From positions 7,700,149 to 7,764,148 of the forward strand of contig BDGG01000001.1 in assembly GCA_001949185.1 (NCBI GenBank): DNA of 64,000 nucleotides. The letters are read 5' to 3'. The notes below the pieces were generated by a model. That model had not been told where the DNA came from, ran no database searches, and saw only the letters and a list, made by a program, of their open reading frames with translations. Origin of the DNA: Ramazzottius varieornatus. Lineage: Eukaryota; Animalia; Tardigrada. A program made the position numbers and the translations under genes. This document shows positions 49,999 through 61,358 of the stretch, piece after piece; within the stretch, counting starts at the first letter, position 1, and the number at the start of each line of letters is the position of its first letter.

Positions 49999-52724
49999 AT
50001 GAAGGTTAGCTGTCGCCTTCTTTCGCAAGAAAAGTTCGAGATCGAGGCTGAACCATCCACCACGGTGAGCTTCTCCTCCGTCTTGCAAATGCTCGTCCAG
50101 CGTCTAATAAACCATGATTTCTCTCTAGGTGGAGCAGTTCAAAGCCAAAATCGAAGAGAAAAAAGGAAAGTCGTTCCAAGCAGACACACTGAAGTTGATT
50201 TACGCCGGTGAGTATCATCGATTGTTATTCCTACCCAGTTATTCTCGCGCACACCCCTTCTTGAGCTTCTGACGATCTCCCTTGAGACTTGAGACAGGTT
50301 CAAAGTTCGAACGAGCATAAATTCCTCCTTATCAACGCTGTTTGACAGGTAGAGTATGGGACAACAATACTTCCACGCTGGCGGAAATGAATTTCTCCGA
50401 CTCTGGATTCGTCGTCGTGATGGTGAATAAACCGAAAGCAGTACCCAAAACGGAACCGTCCACTTCCGCGTAAGTCTGAATAACTTCGCTTCCTCCCTTT
50501 TTTCTGTTTGGTCAGGCATTGGACTACATATTTCTCGCTGTAGAGGCTGGAACATCCGGTAGCTCGTATCAGAGCAAAAATGGCTGAATAAAACAACAGT
50601 CGGTTTACTCGGCGCATGGCGCTACACGTTGTCGTGGCTTTCAATACTGAGCGCGATGACGTCAGGCGTCGCTTTCGCATTTGAGATTCAAAGTGAACTT
50701 ATTTTTGCAGTCAGACGTCTTCTCCGATCGTCACGAATATCCAGCCGGAGCAAGTACCTCGTCCGCACGCTCCCTCGCCTGCACAGCAAGCCAGATCCTC
50801 GGTTCGACCTGAAGCTGCTTTCGGCCTTTCGCCTGAAGAATACGAGTCGATTGTCCAGAACATCGTCGGCATGGGATATCCTCGACTAGATGTCGAACGC
50901 GCTTTACGAGCCTGTGAGTGGCAAAATGCTTTTTCGGCTGTTCCAGTTATAATGTTTCAGTATGTTAACATGCCTTTCTTCTTGCTACTTTTCAGCTTTC
51001 TTCAACGCTGAACGGGCGGTGGAATACTTATTGACCGTAAGTCAAAATATTTTCTCGGGCCGCTCAAATTTCCCCAAATCGACGTCGAACTAGAGACTTT
51101 TCGAATAAGACGTGGCATGATTTGCAAATTTGGAGTGAAGTTGTAATGTACACCTTGAGTGCGTCAACTTGCTACCACCTATCATATCAAGTTTTTCTCG
51201 AAGCTATTGTTGCTCGGCTTTGAGAGCAGTTTTCCTTGATTCAACATCCTGTTTGCTACCTCCCCAATGAATACTGGTCAAAAACCTGTTTACAAAAAGT
51301 CGGAATCAAAATTAAACCAGGGAAGGCGCAAAGTGAAAATTACAACAACTTTAGCAAAATTTTGGGCCGTTTTTATATATTATTTTTTTCGGTTCTCTGC
51401 TGTCGTCCCACAGTTCTGTTGCTGGAAATAGTCAGAAATGAAACTGACCTACAAGAAAGTGGGTGGAGAACATGGATCTGATGTTTTGGAAAAGATCTAA
51501 AAATTTTTCCACCAGAGGAAGCTTCCCGGCAAAATGTAAAAGTTTGACGGTTTTAATTCTGTTGTCGAGTTAGTCCGGAACTTTCCTGCTCTTTCTTTAT
51601 TTTTTTCTGACCACCAACGTGCGTTTGTTTACGTCAGTTTGGGGATAAAAACTCCCACCCGGAACTTTTGCAGACAGGGTTTTGTACCTACTGCGGTATG
51701 TCTTCCTCACCGGAAGTCACACTGCTCAACTTTTTCGAACTATTTCCCCTTACAATAAGAATTATCATAGCTCAGTCGAAGCAGCTTTAAAAGTTGCACG
51801 GAACGAGTGGTAGCATGAATGCTAGGGTCGTACTCTGAATTTTTCCTCGCCGAAATGCCAGGTGGTAGCAAGTTGGCGCACTCAGGGTGTAGAATGTTGG
51901 TTTTCTAGGGCATACCGGCTGAACCAGGCTCGTTAGGATCGGATCAAGGAGAGGAGGGTCAAGGAGATCGAGGTAATATCAATGTCTTAGTTTGAACGTG
52001 TTCAAAGTGTAGGGATGTTCCTTTTGCAGATGCGCTGAGTTTCTTTCGAAATTCGCCTCAGTTTCGCGAAATGCGGGCCATGATACAGCAAGATCCTTCG
52101 CTGCTGTCGCGTATGTTGCAGGACATCGGGCAGTCCAACCCACGTCTCTTTCAGGTAAGCCTCACACTGTGAAGCCGGTTTACGGTGCTACGGTAGATCT
52201 TTGTACAACAGTGAAGAGAGTCTAAGAATCTTGTGCTAGGCTATCCGGGATCATCAAGCTGAGTTCATCGGCATGATGAACGCACCACTTCCGGCCGAGA
52301 GTGCGACGCCTGCTGCTCCTTCTGCTAGCCCATCAGCTGCGGTGGGAGGGGCGGCTGGCACTGCTCAGCGGCCAGTGGCTGCTGGAGGAGTCGCTGCTCC
52401 GGCTATGAGACTTTCACCGGAAGATCGAGAAGCTGTGGAAAGAGTACGAACCGTTTGCTCTGACTTCCGATCAGGACGTTTCCAAGTGGCGCACGTTTCC
52501 AGCCAAAAACAGTGTGAACGTGCGCCAGCTGGGAACTCGACAGTATCGACCTTCGTATTGATAGCCCAGACTTCAGAGTTGCATGGGGTTATTTTAATTT
52601 GCAGTTGAAATCGTTGGGCTTCTTGGAAGCGGCGGTGATAGAAGCCTACTTTGCTTGTGATAAGAACGAACAACACGCGGCCAACTTTCTGTTTGCACAG
52701 ATGGAGGAAGAAGGGATAGGGTAA
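49999..52724 (+). CDS. RAD23: UV excision repair protein RAD23
   Basis: [19 protein letters not shown]..|KLIYAG; UBA1 [17 protein letters not shown]|[14 protein letters not shown]; XPC-binding [21 protein letters not shown]; UBA2 EAVER|[23 protein letters not shown]. Confidence 0.95.
51151..51889. mobile_element. 739-bp non-autonomous DNA transposon (Tc1/mariner-type MITE) in a RAD23 intron
   Basis: 30-bp TIRs CACCTTGAGTGCGTCAACTTGCTACCACCT / AGGTGGTAGCAAGTTGGCGCACTCAGGGTG (2 mismatches), TA on both sides (51149-50, 51890-91), no transposase. Confidence 0.88.
52470..52552. repeat. Intronic palindromic element (RAD23 last intron)
   Basis: Core 52484-52530, spacer 25 bp. Confidence 0.85.
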
Positions 52725-53116
52725 CACGGGGTGAATTATTCAGCAAGATTTACAACCTATGATAGCTATCTGATACAATACTACTTTTGAAATTTCTATC
52801 CAGTGGGGTTTTCCTAGCCAAAACGCGTTGATTGATCTTGTGTAATTCTCTCTTGTTATTTCAGTTCTCGTAGTGGTTATTTTTAGCTCTTGCGTTTTGC
52901 CGTGGTCCTCTTTCCTTATTGCTCCATACAGATTTTCACTGACATAAGCGATCCATCTCACTGTACGAAATCGTGCCAACCAGTTTGACTTGTGCTCTTT
53001 ACCGGCGTCTAAGTAGGGCGTAGTTTAGCCGTGCAGCTTCTCAGTTTGCTGGAAATAAGCATTTCCTGACAAAATACCACTGAGGTTATTACCGAAAAAT
53101 GTGTTGATTTACCGGG

Positions 53117-56100
53117 ATGATTGTTCGACTTTGTTTGCCTATCCTCTTTCTCGGCTTGTTGATCCAAGAAATTCATCCCGCTCGTGTGAACCGTCAGAAA
53201 GCGTCCTTGGCAATATGTACGTAAAAAAGCCAACTTATACCGCATAAGGAACGTAAACTCGTTGTGCTTTTCGCAGTGGGGATCTTCGACGAAACAACAA
53301 GCCATTTAAAGCCGGTTTTCACGTCAGCGATTGCAGCCGCCAACGATCTTCAGGATGCCGATACGGTAGTTGGAATTCAGCTAGACCTGACCGGCGCAGA
53401 TTACAAAAAATCGGAAGATGGTAAGCAAACCGATTTGCAACTTTCTACACGCTAATCAGACGGGGATAACATTGCTATCAATATAATCATTAAAATAATG
53501 TGCATCAGTATGTGGTGAAACAGAAAGCTGATTTTGACCTTTTTGCTGTACAGTATGTCGAAGGCTTGAGAGCAGCGGAAACGTGGTGGCCGTCATTGGT
53601 TTCCACAAAATCGACGGAGCACCCTTCGACCTGGTCCGGTCCATCACGGACATGTTGGAGGTGCCGTACATCCGCCTTCCGTTCCCGGAAGACAGAGCTT
53701 ACGGAAACGCGGTGCTTGCGCTGATAAAGCAGTACGACTGGACTGTCTTTGCTGTTTTATACGAGGATCCACATGGTATGTTGGTTGTTTTCCTTATAAA
53801 TTGTTCACTAACGAGTACCTACACCATAAAGAGATAATGTTGACGAGTTACTCAGGCGAAAATGGTTTTCTGTAACATTCGAATCACAACGCAGGATTCT
53901 ATCGACATCAAAGAATGTATATAATACGACTTCATGCGAGGAGCAATGGATCATGCAGATGGCTAAATAACTCGTTTCCTCTTTTTTTGTACGATATTTC
54001 GGCATTTAGTATTCGGTTCCACTTTTTTTTCAGAGTTGACCATGTTGGAAGAATTATTCAGAAGGACCACATCTCGTTACACCGTTACATTCCGCCAACT
54101 CTCCGGACTGCACTACCACGACACACTCCGAGAACTGAAGACCAACATGGAAACCCGCTTTATTCTGCGGACTTCGCCCAAGGTGGCTTTGAAGGTCCTC
54201 CGCGAAGCCCAGCAGCTTCGAATGATCACGGCCGAACATCATTACATCCTTTGCGCGCTGGTAATTATTTTACCCGCACTTTATTAAAGTTGTTGTGGGC
54301 GGTAATGTAGCGTCTTGTTGGTCTAATTGCAGGACGCATATGCACTTGATCTGCCAACATTCACACATGAACAAACAAAAATAAGCGCTTTCCAACTAAT
54401 TGATGCCAATTCGACGACGAATGTTCGTCCTTCTCGACAGGAAGAAAATAACGAGGTGCCACTTAAACTCACTGTAAGTCGGTTCTTGTTCGACGAACTT
54501 CGAAGCTCTTACCTAGCCAGCGAAAAATACTATAATATGGGATTTTTGGCTGGAGGCGTGCGTCACTTGAAAAACGATCTGATCGAGTTTGTTTGCCGAG
54601 CACCGAGCTTCCATATCCCGCGGTAGTATCCTGTCGCTAATAGAGTTTTTTTCTCGTAGACTGAGGAGGTGTTGGTGTTTGACTCGGTGACACTTCTCTT
54701 TACGGCTCTTCATGGTTACGGTCTGGGAAACATTCAGCCGTACTCGGTGGACTGTGATACAGCCGAAAGCTGGCTACAAGGTAGCGAAATATCCAATGCC
54801 ATCTCCGGCACGGACTTTGAAGGGATGACGGGTACAGTAACGTTTGACGCAGAGGGACAGAGGACCAACTTTGACCTTGGTGTCATTGAGGCGGGTGAAG
54901 AAGGCTTCGTCCAGGTATTCAACTTCTTCGTTTGGCTCCGCGCTGAAATGGTAGTTGCAAGTGTGTCCCTGTCAACCTATGGTTTGCAGGTAGGTATGTG
55001 GAGTTCGAACGACGGTCTGAGGATGGGCGAAGTGGTGGAGAAGGGCGCCGGTACGCTGAAAGGAAAAGTGCTGCGAGCAGTCACCGTCTACGAAGAACCT
55101 TACGTCATGCTGAAGAAGGACCACGAAGTGCGTTCGGGAAACGACAAGTTTGAAGGTAATGGTCCCTGTTGAAACATCCTCCCAATAGTGAACAAGGTAA
55201 TTGATTAATCAGGAAAATTGATGGGGCACGGATTTCCGATGATTACACACCCGGTAATTAAAACCTTGGAAATATTACAAGACAGGAGTCAGGGGATGAC
55301 TTACTGCAGAACAAGGAGGACTAGGTGCCTTTTCCCACTGGTGGCTCAGCGTGGTGAATCGCAGCTGAGCGGCCATAACTTATTCTTACACGATATGCAT
55401 CTCGTGGTATGGGACTACGTTGCCATTCTTCCTTGTAAGTCTCGCACAACTTGATGGATATAAGGCAATTTCCGCTCTCCTCGTTTACCCAGACAGAATG
55501 TAGTCCAGATCAAATGCAGTTCATTACAAAAAAAAATATGGTACGACACGCGCCATTCATCGAAATTGTGGCGTGTACATATGTAATTCAGGAATCAGGT
55601 CATCAAGTTCGATGTACATATGGCGGTCTTTGAAATCTTGAAACGCATTTTGACACATGTAATACCACCAGCTCGGTAACTTGGCAAGCCCCTAGAAAGC
55701 GAAGAGCGTTGATACTTCAGACTGACCGGGGTACAAACGTCGCGTTAGGCAGCACCGTACATTTTAGCAGAGTGACCTTGGTCGGCCAAAGTATGCCTCG
55801 CAGAAGTATTTGATAGTTTGTCAGACCTTATCCAGGACTAACTATGCTTGCAAGGGTGCTTCATGGGCCTGAAAATACGGACATAGACTGTATATACGTC
55901 CCATGCTACCGCTAAGGGGCGTATGTCGGAATTATCGGGGCAATACAATTACAATATCAACACGAGTCCTGACTTTTAGAAATCCGTTTTTTGAGACAGT
56001 GAACGTTGATATTGCTTAGGTTACGCTGTGGATTTGATGAATCGAATCAGCGAAGACCTGGGCTTCAATTACACCGTAGCGGTCTTTGGCGGTCATGGCG

Positions 56101-57667
56101 TGTATGACCCCGTCAAAAACCAATGGAATGGTCTCATTCGCGAACTGATCGAAAAACGCGGCGACATTGCCGTAGGTGGTATCACCATCAGCCACAACCG
56201 CGAACAGGTAGGTACCCATCGACCCAACTTTAATGCCGTGTCACACCCGTGCCTCCTAGACAAATTTCCTCTCAGGTCGTGGACTTCACCAAGCCTTTCA
56301 TGCATCTTGGTATCAGTATACTATACCGCAAGCCCAAAGCTCAACCACCGGACCTGTTCTCCTTCCTGCATCCCTTCAGCACCGACGTCTGGTTTTACAT
56401 CATTACAGCACTGATCGGCGTTTCGGTGGCCATCTTCGTGCTAGCCAAGTTTACGCCCTACGAGTGGTACAACCCCCATCCGTGTGACGACTCCAACGAT
56501 GTGATGGAGAACCAGTTTACCATCGGCAACTCCATATGGTTCACCGTCGGTTCGCTGATGCAGCAAGGCAACGATGTCTCACCGAAAGCGGTGTCGACGC
56601 GCATCATTGCTGGATGCTGGTCATTCTTTACCTTGGTAAGAAAAAACAACGGCAAAAGAACAACATCACGATCCACGAAGTTGGCACGATTTAACAGAAA
56701 CCATGGTACTTTTGTGTCCAGTGCCATGGGACGTGCCTCGGTTTCTACTGAGGCATGTCATATGGCGTCATTCTGATTGCTATCGTTCTAGATTATGATT
56801 GCCAGTTACACAGCAAATCTCGCCGCCTTTCTGGCAGTGGAAAGAACCGATCAACCGATCAAAGGTGCGGACGACTTGGCCAAGCAGACGGAGATTAAAT
56901 ATGGCTGCTACGAAGGTGGCGCTACCTATAACTTTTTCAAAGAAAGCAAACATCCCGTGTACCAGAAAATGTGGATGACCATGAACCAGGACCCGAACAG
57001 CTTTGTCAAGAGCGGTGACCAAGGTATTCGGAAAGTACTGGCAGAAAAGTATGCCTACTTGATGGAGTCGCCATCGTTAGAGTACAACGTCAACAAGCAG
57101 TGCGAACTGGTACAAGTCGGTGGACTGCTGGATTCCAAAGGCTTCGGCTTTGCCACCCAACAAAGTAAGCTGCCTGAAGATCAACGGCAAAAGACACAAA
57201 GTTTTAGTACAGAAATTGTTCTTTGCAGACTCACCATACAGGGATGAGATTTCCAAGACGATTCTCCGTATGCAAGAAAACAGCGAACTGGAACTGCTGA
57301 AGGACAAATGGTGGAAAGGACGAGGAGCATTATGTGGCGGGGGTAACGCCCAAGATGCCAACAGTGAACTGGGCATGGCCAACGTGGGAGGAGTCTTCGT
57401 CGTCCTGGCGGCCGGCATCGCCGTGGCTCTCCTTATCACCGTCATTGAATTTTTCTGGAAGGTCGCCAAACTCTCCAAAGCCACCAAGGTACATTTCCGA
57501 ATTGTTTGTTGTCAGATTTTATGCGAGGTGGTATAGGGTATGATTTGTTTTTATTTTGACAGAGACCGTTCTGTGAGGAAGTGGCGCGCTCATTCATGTA
57601 TGCGCTGAAGCTACATGGTCCAGTTGCAAGAAGCAGAAGGAAAAGTGGACAGCTTTGTCTGAGATAG
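53117..57667 (+). CDS. Ionotropic glutamate receptor, kainate-type
   Basis: Signal peptide exon MIVRLCLPILFLGLLIQ, ATD exons, VDFTKPFMHLGISILYRKP, FTPYEWYNPHPC, WFTVGSLMQQG, SYTANLAAF, GATYNFFK, VGGLLDSKGFG, LGMANVGGVF. Confidence 0.93.
54511..54613. repeat. Intronic palindromic element, right half (iGluR)
   Basis: GGCTGGAGGCGTGCGTCACTTGAAAAACGATCTGATCGAGTTTGTTTGCCGAG..GAGCTTCCA. Confidence 0.8.
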
Positions 57668-58295
57668 CAGCGTTGAGTGAATTTGCACTACAGGAACAAA
57701 GTCTCAAACAATTTACATCAAAAGTAAGCCGAACAGAAGAACGATTTAGAAATGATAGAATGTATCACAGATGAGGCAGATATCGAAGCAACGAGGCTAG
57801 AAGGGGGTTCGAAGGGGAAAGACTTAGAAGGTCTCGAACTGATAGCCGTACGGAAGTGGATTATTCAGGCTGGGTTTCGACTTTGCCTCCGCCGGCTCTT
57901 CGGAAAACTTCTCAAAAGTATCCCCTGGATCGCGGTTTGGCACCATCGTCGGTATCGACGGGGGAGTCTCGAGGCCTCCATACAGACTTATCCACTGTAT
58001 ACCTGCAATACAACATGTCGCACTTTATCACAAGAATCTTGTACAGAAGATGCATCCCTACCCGCCCAAAATTTTGGTCAGCTGCTACAAGTCTACAAAA
58101 CACTACAGGCGTGCTACTTACAAACCAATAAACTAGTCAAAAATCTGCACGGGTAAGGATGCATTTTCTGCACTGTAGCAAAAGCCCCCCAAACTGCCCA
58201 GAGACCACTGCCCAGATACTTGACTGGCGACAAGTTCATGCAGGACCATTAGATGGTTTCATCTTAAAAATCCGATATGAGGTAGTTTGACCACG

Positions 58296-59390
58296 TTACG
58301 AATTACCTTTGAACCAAGCGTGGGTTTTGATGCTGTACACCCCATCCCCAACCGTCCCCAGTCGTTCATTTGGATCAAGTGTCAATAACTCCTTAAAGAT
58401 CTTCCTATCCGCTGCCGTAAACCACCTGGGTGTATCGTAATGCAGATCAAAGATTTTCCGTTTCATCTGTTCCTCATAAAACTGCGACGGTGGCTCTTCC
58501 GGAAAACAGTCATTCCCTGAATATATTTTATACAGCACCAAGCCAAACGACCACCAGTCTACCGCCGAATTGTAGGCTTGACCCTTCCATACTTCCGGCG
58601 GTCGGAAGCCCAACCTCGGCACCATCTTGGTCACGCCCGCCCGATAATCCTCAAACCACGTGGTGAGTTTGTCCGCTGAGCTGGTTGATATTGCATTGCC
58701 CAAGTCGGTCAACTTGACGTACCCATCCTCACATATCACAATACTATCCAGTCTGAGGTCGCGTAATATCACGCTCATGTTATGCAAGTACTCCAACGCC
58801 AGGACGATCTGTCCACCGTAGAACTGAGCGTACTTGAATGGCACTTTACCGGACTTTTCAACCAAGTCCTGGAGATGACCACCAGGTAGCTGTTCGACCA
58901 GCATACACAGTAGGTGAGGTGTCTGAAAGTGGGCGATAAAGTCGATGGTGAAGGGGTATTCACAACAGAACATGAGGTGCTTTTCGTCGAGCAACTCTTT
59001 CGTCCGGAATTTGTTGCTGATTTCACGTTTTGAGGCTATCCTTAAAGTTAATGTTTTCTTGTTAACGTCGTTCCAGGCCAGATATTGTTCGTAATGGGTG
59101 ATGGAAGGTAGCTTGGAGAGTATTTTAAAGCTTTGGTTGATGACGTATGGTGTCTTGGGGTTGGATGGGAGGGCGTAGAAAAGGCGGAAAGCGAAGCGCT
59201 CACGGCATTCGCGCATGTAGGGGATCCAGTTGTCGTCCAGTGGGTCAGTGTGGATGGGCTGAGTGAAGGTCGCTCGGTTTTCTTCGAAAGAACAAGTGTT
59301 ACCACTGGCCGAAGTATCGGGCTTGCAAATGATGATGCGTTCGTCGTGGTCGAATGTGATGCGACGTGGCCGAGGTGCATTACTTCTCAT
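58296..59390 (-). CDS. Intronless PKA catalytic-subunit-like protein, probable pseudokinase
   Basis: AQFYGGQIVLALEYLH, YNSAVDWWSFG, RLGTVGDGVYSIKTHAWF align to PKA-C; catalytic motifs are degenerate. Confidence 0.85.
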   Translation of the reverse strand: MRSNAPRPRRITFDHDERIIICKPDTSASGNTCSFEENRATFTQPIHTDPLDDNWIPYMRECRERFAFRLFYALPSNPKTPYVINQSFKILSKLPSITHYEQYLAWNDVNKKTLTLRIASKREISNKFRTKELLDEKHLMFCCEYPFTIDFIAHFQTPHLLCMLVEQLPGGHLQDLVEKSGKVPFKYAQFYGGQIVLALEYLHNMSVILRDLRLDSIVICEDGYVKLTDLGNAISTSSADKLTTWFEDYRAGVTKMVPRLGFRPPEVWKGQAYNSAVDWWSFGLVLYKIYSGNDCFPEEPPSQFYEEQMKRKIFDLHYDTPRWFTAADRKIFKELLTLDPNERLGTVGDGVYSIKTHAWFKGNS

Positions 59391-60454
59391 GTTTGAAACA
59401 ACACTATCATCATCTGATAATGATACTCTCTTGTATCTCCGGCTGGTAACGGTATAAGGTCTATCATCATATTATCATCGCCGTCCGATATTTTAATCAA
59501 CAGCATATTTCTTGAACGGTTTCCGAAAATTTAACCGATAGTTCCAAGCGAGCATCAAGAATAAATAGATTGGCAAATCAGAGCCCTAGCAGCTCAGGAT
59601 TGTAGTTACTTGCACTATGAAATCGTTGCTACGCTTTGAAGCGTTTCTAAAGTTGATGTCGCGTCAAAGCTAACAGAACGCTGAGCATACGGGCCGGGTC
59701 GCCTGGGCCGAACTACCAAAGAACATGTAGGACCCATGCATGTATACCAGCACTGAAGGAAGTTTGCACCTCATCAGAAAGAGCTAAAAATTTTTTTTCA
59801 AGTACTCACTGGTAAAGACGTATGGATTGCCGTGTCTTCTGTCTCTATAAACTACTTTCATGACTGCCCCAAATTTGCAGTCACGGTCTCGGGCTCAGCT
59901 GCAGTGGCCACATCAATGGCAATGGGTCTTTCTGTCGATGGTCGGCTGCTTTAGCGAAACCGTAAAAGGTTGTAGGGACGGTGAAAGACCCCATTCTGAG
60001 GTCGGCGGGAATACCTTCGGTGCTTGCTCAATATAATTATGAGAGGAAGTATCGAGCCCTCCGAAAGGTCCGCATTTACCCTTAGCCAGTTAACCCTCTT
60101 TAATTAATACAAAGTTGTCTCTCAGTGCCGTGCTCGGCACAAGACTGACTGATACGCAGAGGGTTCAATAAGATTTAAAGCTGCGCTCACCTGAAATTTT
60201 GTGGTTGTTCGATTTCTGCAACTATTTGCATAAACTGAGAGTAACTTCTGGGCAATACTGCAGAATTAGACCTTAGGCTGGGAAGTCATTCATTGAAAAA
60301 ATTTTGTACGGTATATGAAGAGACCTTTTTTAGGGCTCCACGTTCTTGGGGGAATTTTTTAGTTTTGAATTCTTCTTCGTTGTAGTTAAGGGTTTTGACT
60401 TCAGCACTGGATGAAAGCGGAATGTATAGTGCTTGGTTTGAGCACAAGTTTGAG

Positions 60455-60852
60455 CACCGCCAAAGTTTTACATTTTGCCGGGAAACTTCCTCTGAAAAAT
60501 TTTTAGATCTTTTCCAAAACATCAGATCCATGTTCTCCACCCACTTTCTTGTAGGTCAGTTTCATTTCTGACTATTTCCAGCAACAGAACTGTGGGACGA
60601 CAGCAGAGAACCGAAAAAAATAATATATAAAAACGGCCCAAAATTTTGCTAAAGTTGTTGTAATTTTCACTTTGCGCCTTCCCTGGTTTAATTTTGATTC
60701 CGACTTTTTGTAAACAGGTTTTTGACCAATAGTCATTGGGGAGGTAGCAAACAGGATGTTGAATCAAGGTAAACTGCTCTCAAAGCCGAGCAACAATAGC
60801 TTCGAGAAAAACTTAATATGATAGGTGGTAGCACGTTGACGCACTCAGGCTG
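60455..60852 (-). mobile_element. Partial, inverted copy of the 51151-51889 MITE
   Basis: Near-identical reverse complement of about 51151-51550, including one TIR ending at 60852 followed by TA; the second TIR was not found. Confidence 0.85.
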
Positions 60853-61358
60853 TATCGTACGGTGAAACCCCCCAACGGTTCTTGCTAGCACCTTTTGAAT
60901 TTCTTTGAAAGTGGACTTCAGTTTCGGAAAGCATTGTTCGGAAGTGTCACGGCCACCAATGCCACGCATCGTTAGCCACAGACATGACACAGTGACAAAT
61001 CGGCATTTTGTACCCACGGGAATATGAGCGTACGATATTCACATCAGATAGTCACATGGGTGGTTGGTATAAGAGCCAGTTGATGTTATCAATAGTTACG
61101 CCAATTTATGGGCGGCATTATCGCCAATTGACATTTTTGGCAAGTACCAGGCAGGGTTTTTTCTGCTTTTTTGTAATGCAATTTTATTACGCGGGCTGAG
61201 TACACGGAAGCAGCAAGTAGGAATTACAGTACTCGTGTGAACTGTCAGAAAGTACGTGGACTGATGAACATATCTCTAATGTGACCCAATAGAACTAGAA
61301 CTTGAAAGTAGAAAAAGTACAAAAGGTGCGGAAAAAACAGCTCGAGGAGCAGGTGTTT

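Noticed and set aside
51236-51481. Near-identical 81-aa ORFs at 51236-51481 (+) and 60522-60767 (-)
   Set aside because: They lie inside the MITE copies, start at TTG and have no transposase motifs
2185-54613. Palindromic repeats with variable spacers as a CRISPR array or bacterial REP/attC sites
   Set aside because: Copies are dispersed in spliceosomal introns rather than tandem; spacers share a weak consensus; no cas, integrase or REP-associated transposase gene is present
56550-56575. iGluR Q/R site (MQQG) as an editing signal
   Set aside because: Genomic Q is ordinary, and no clear complementary intronic sequence was seen nearby
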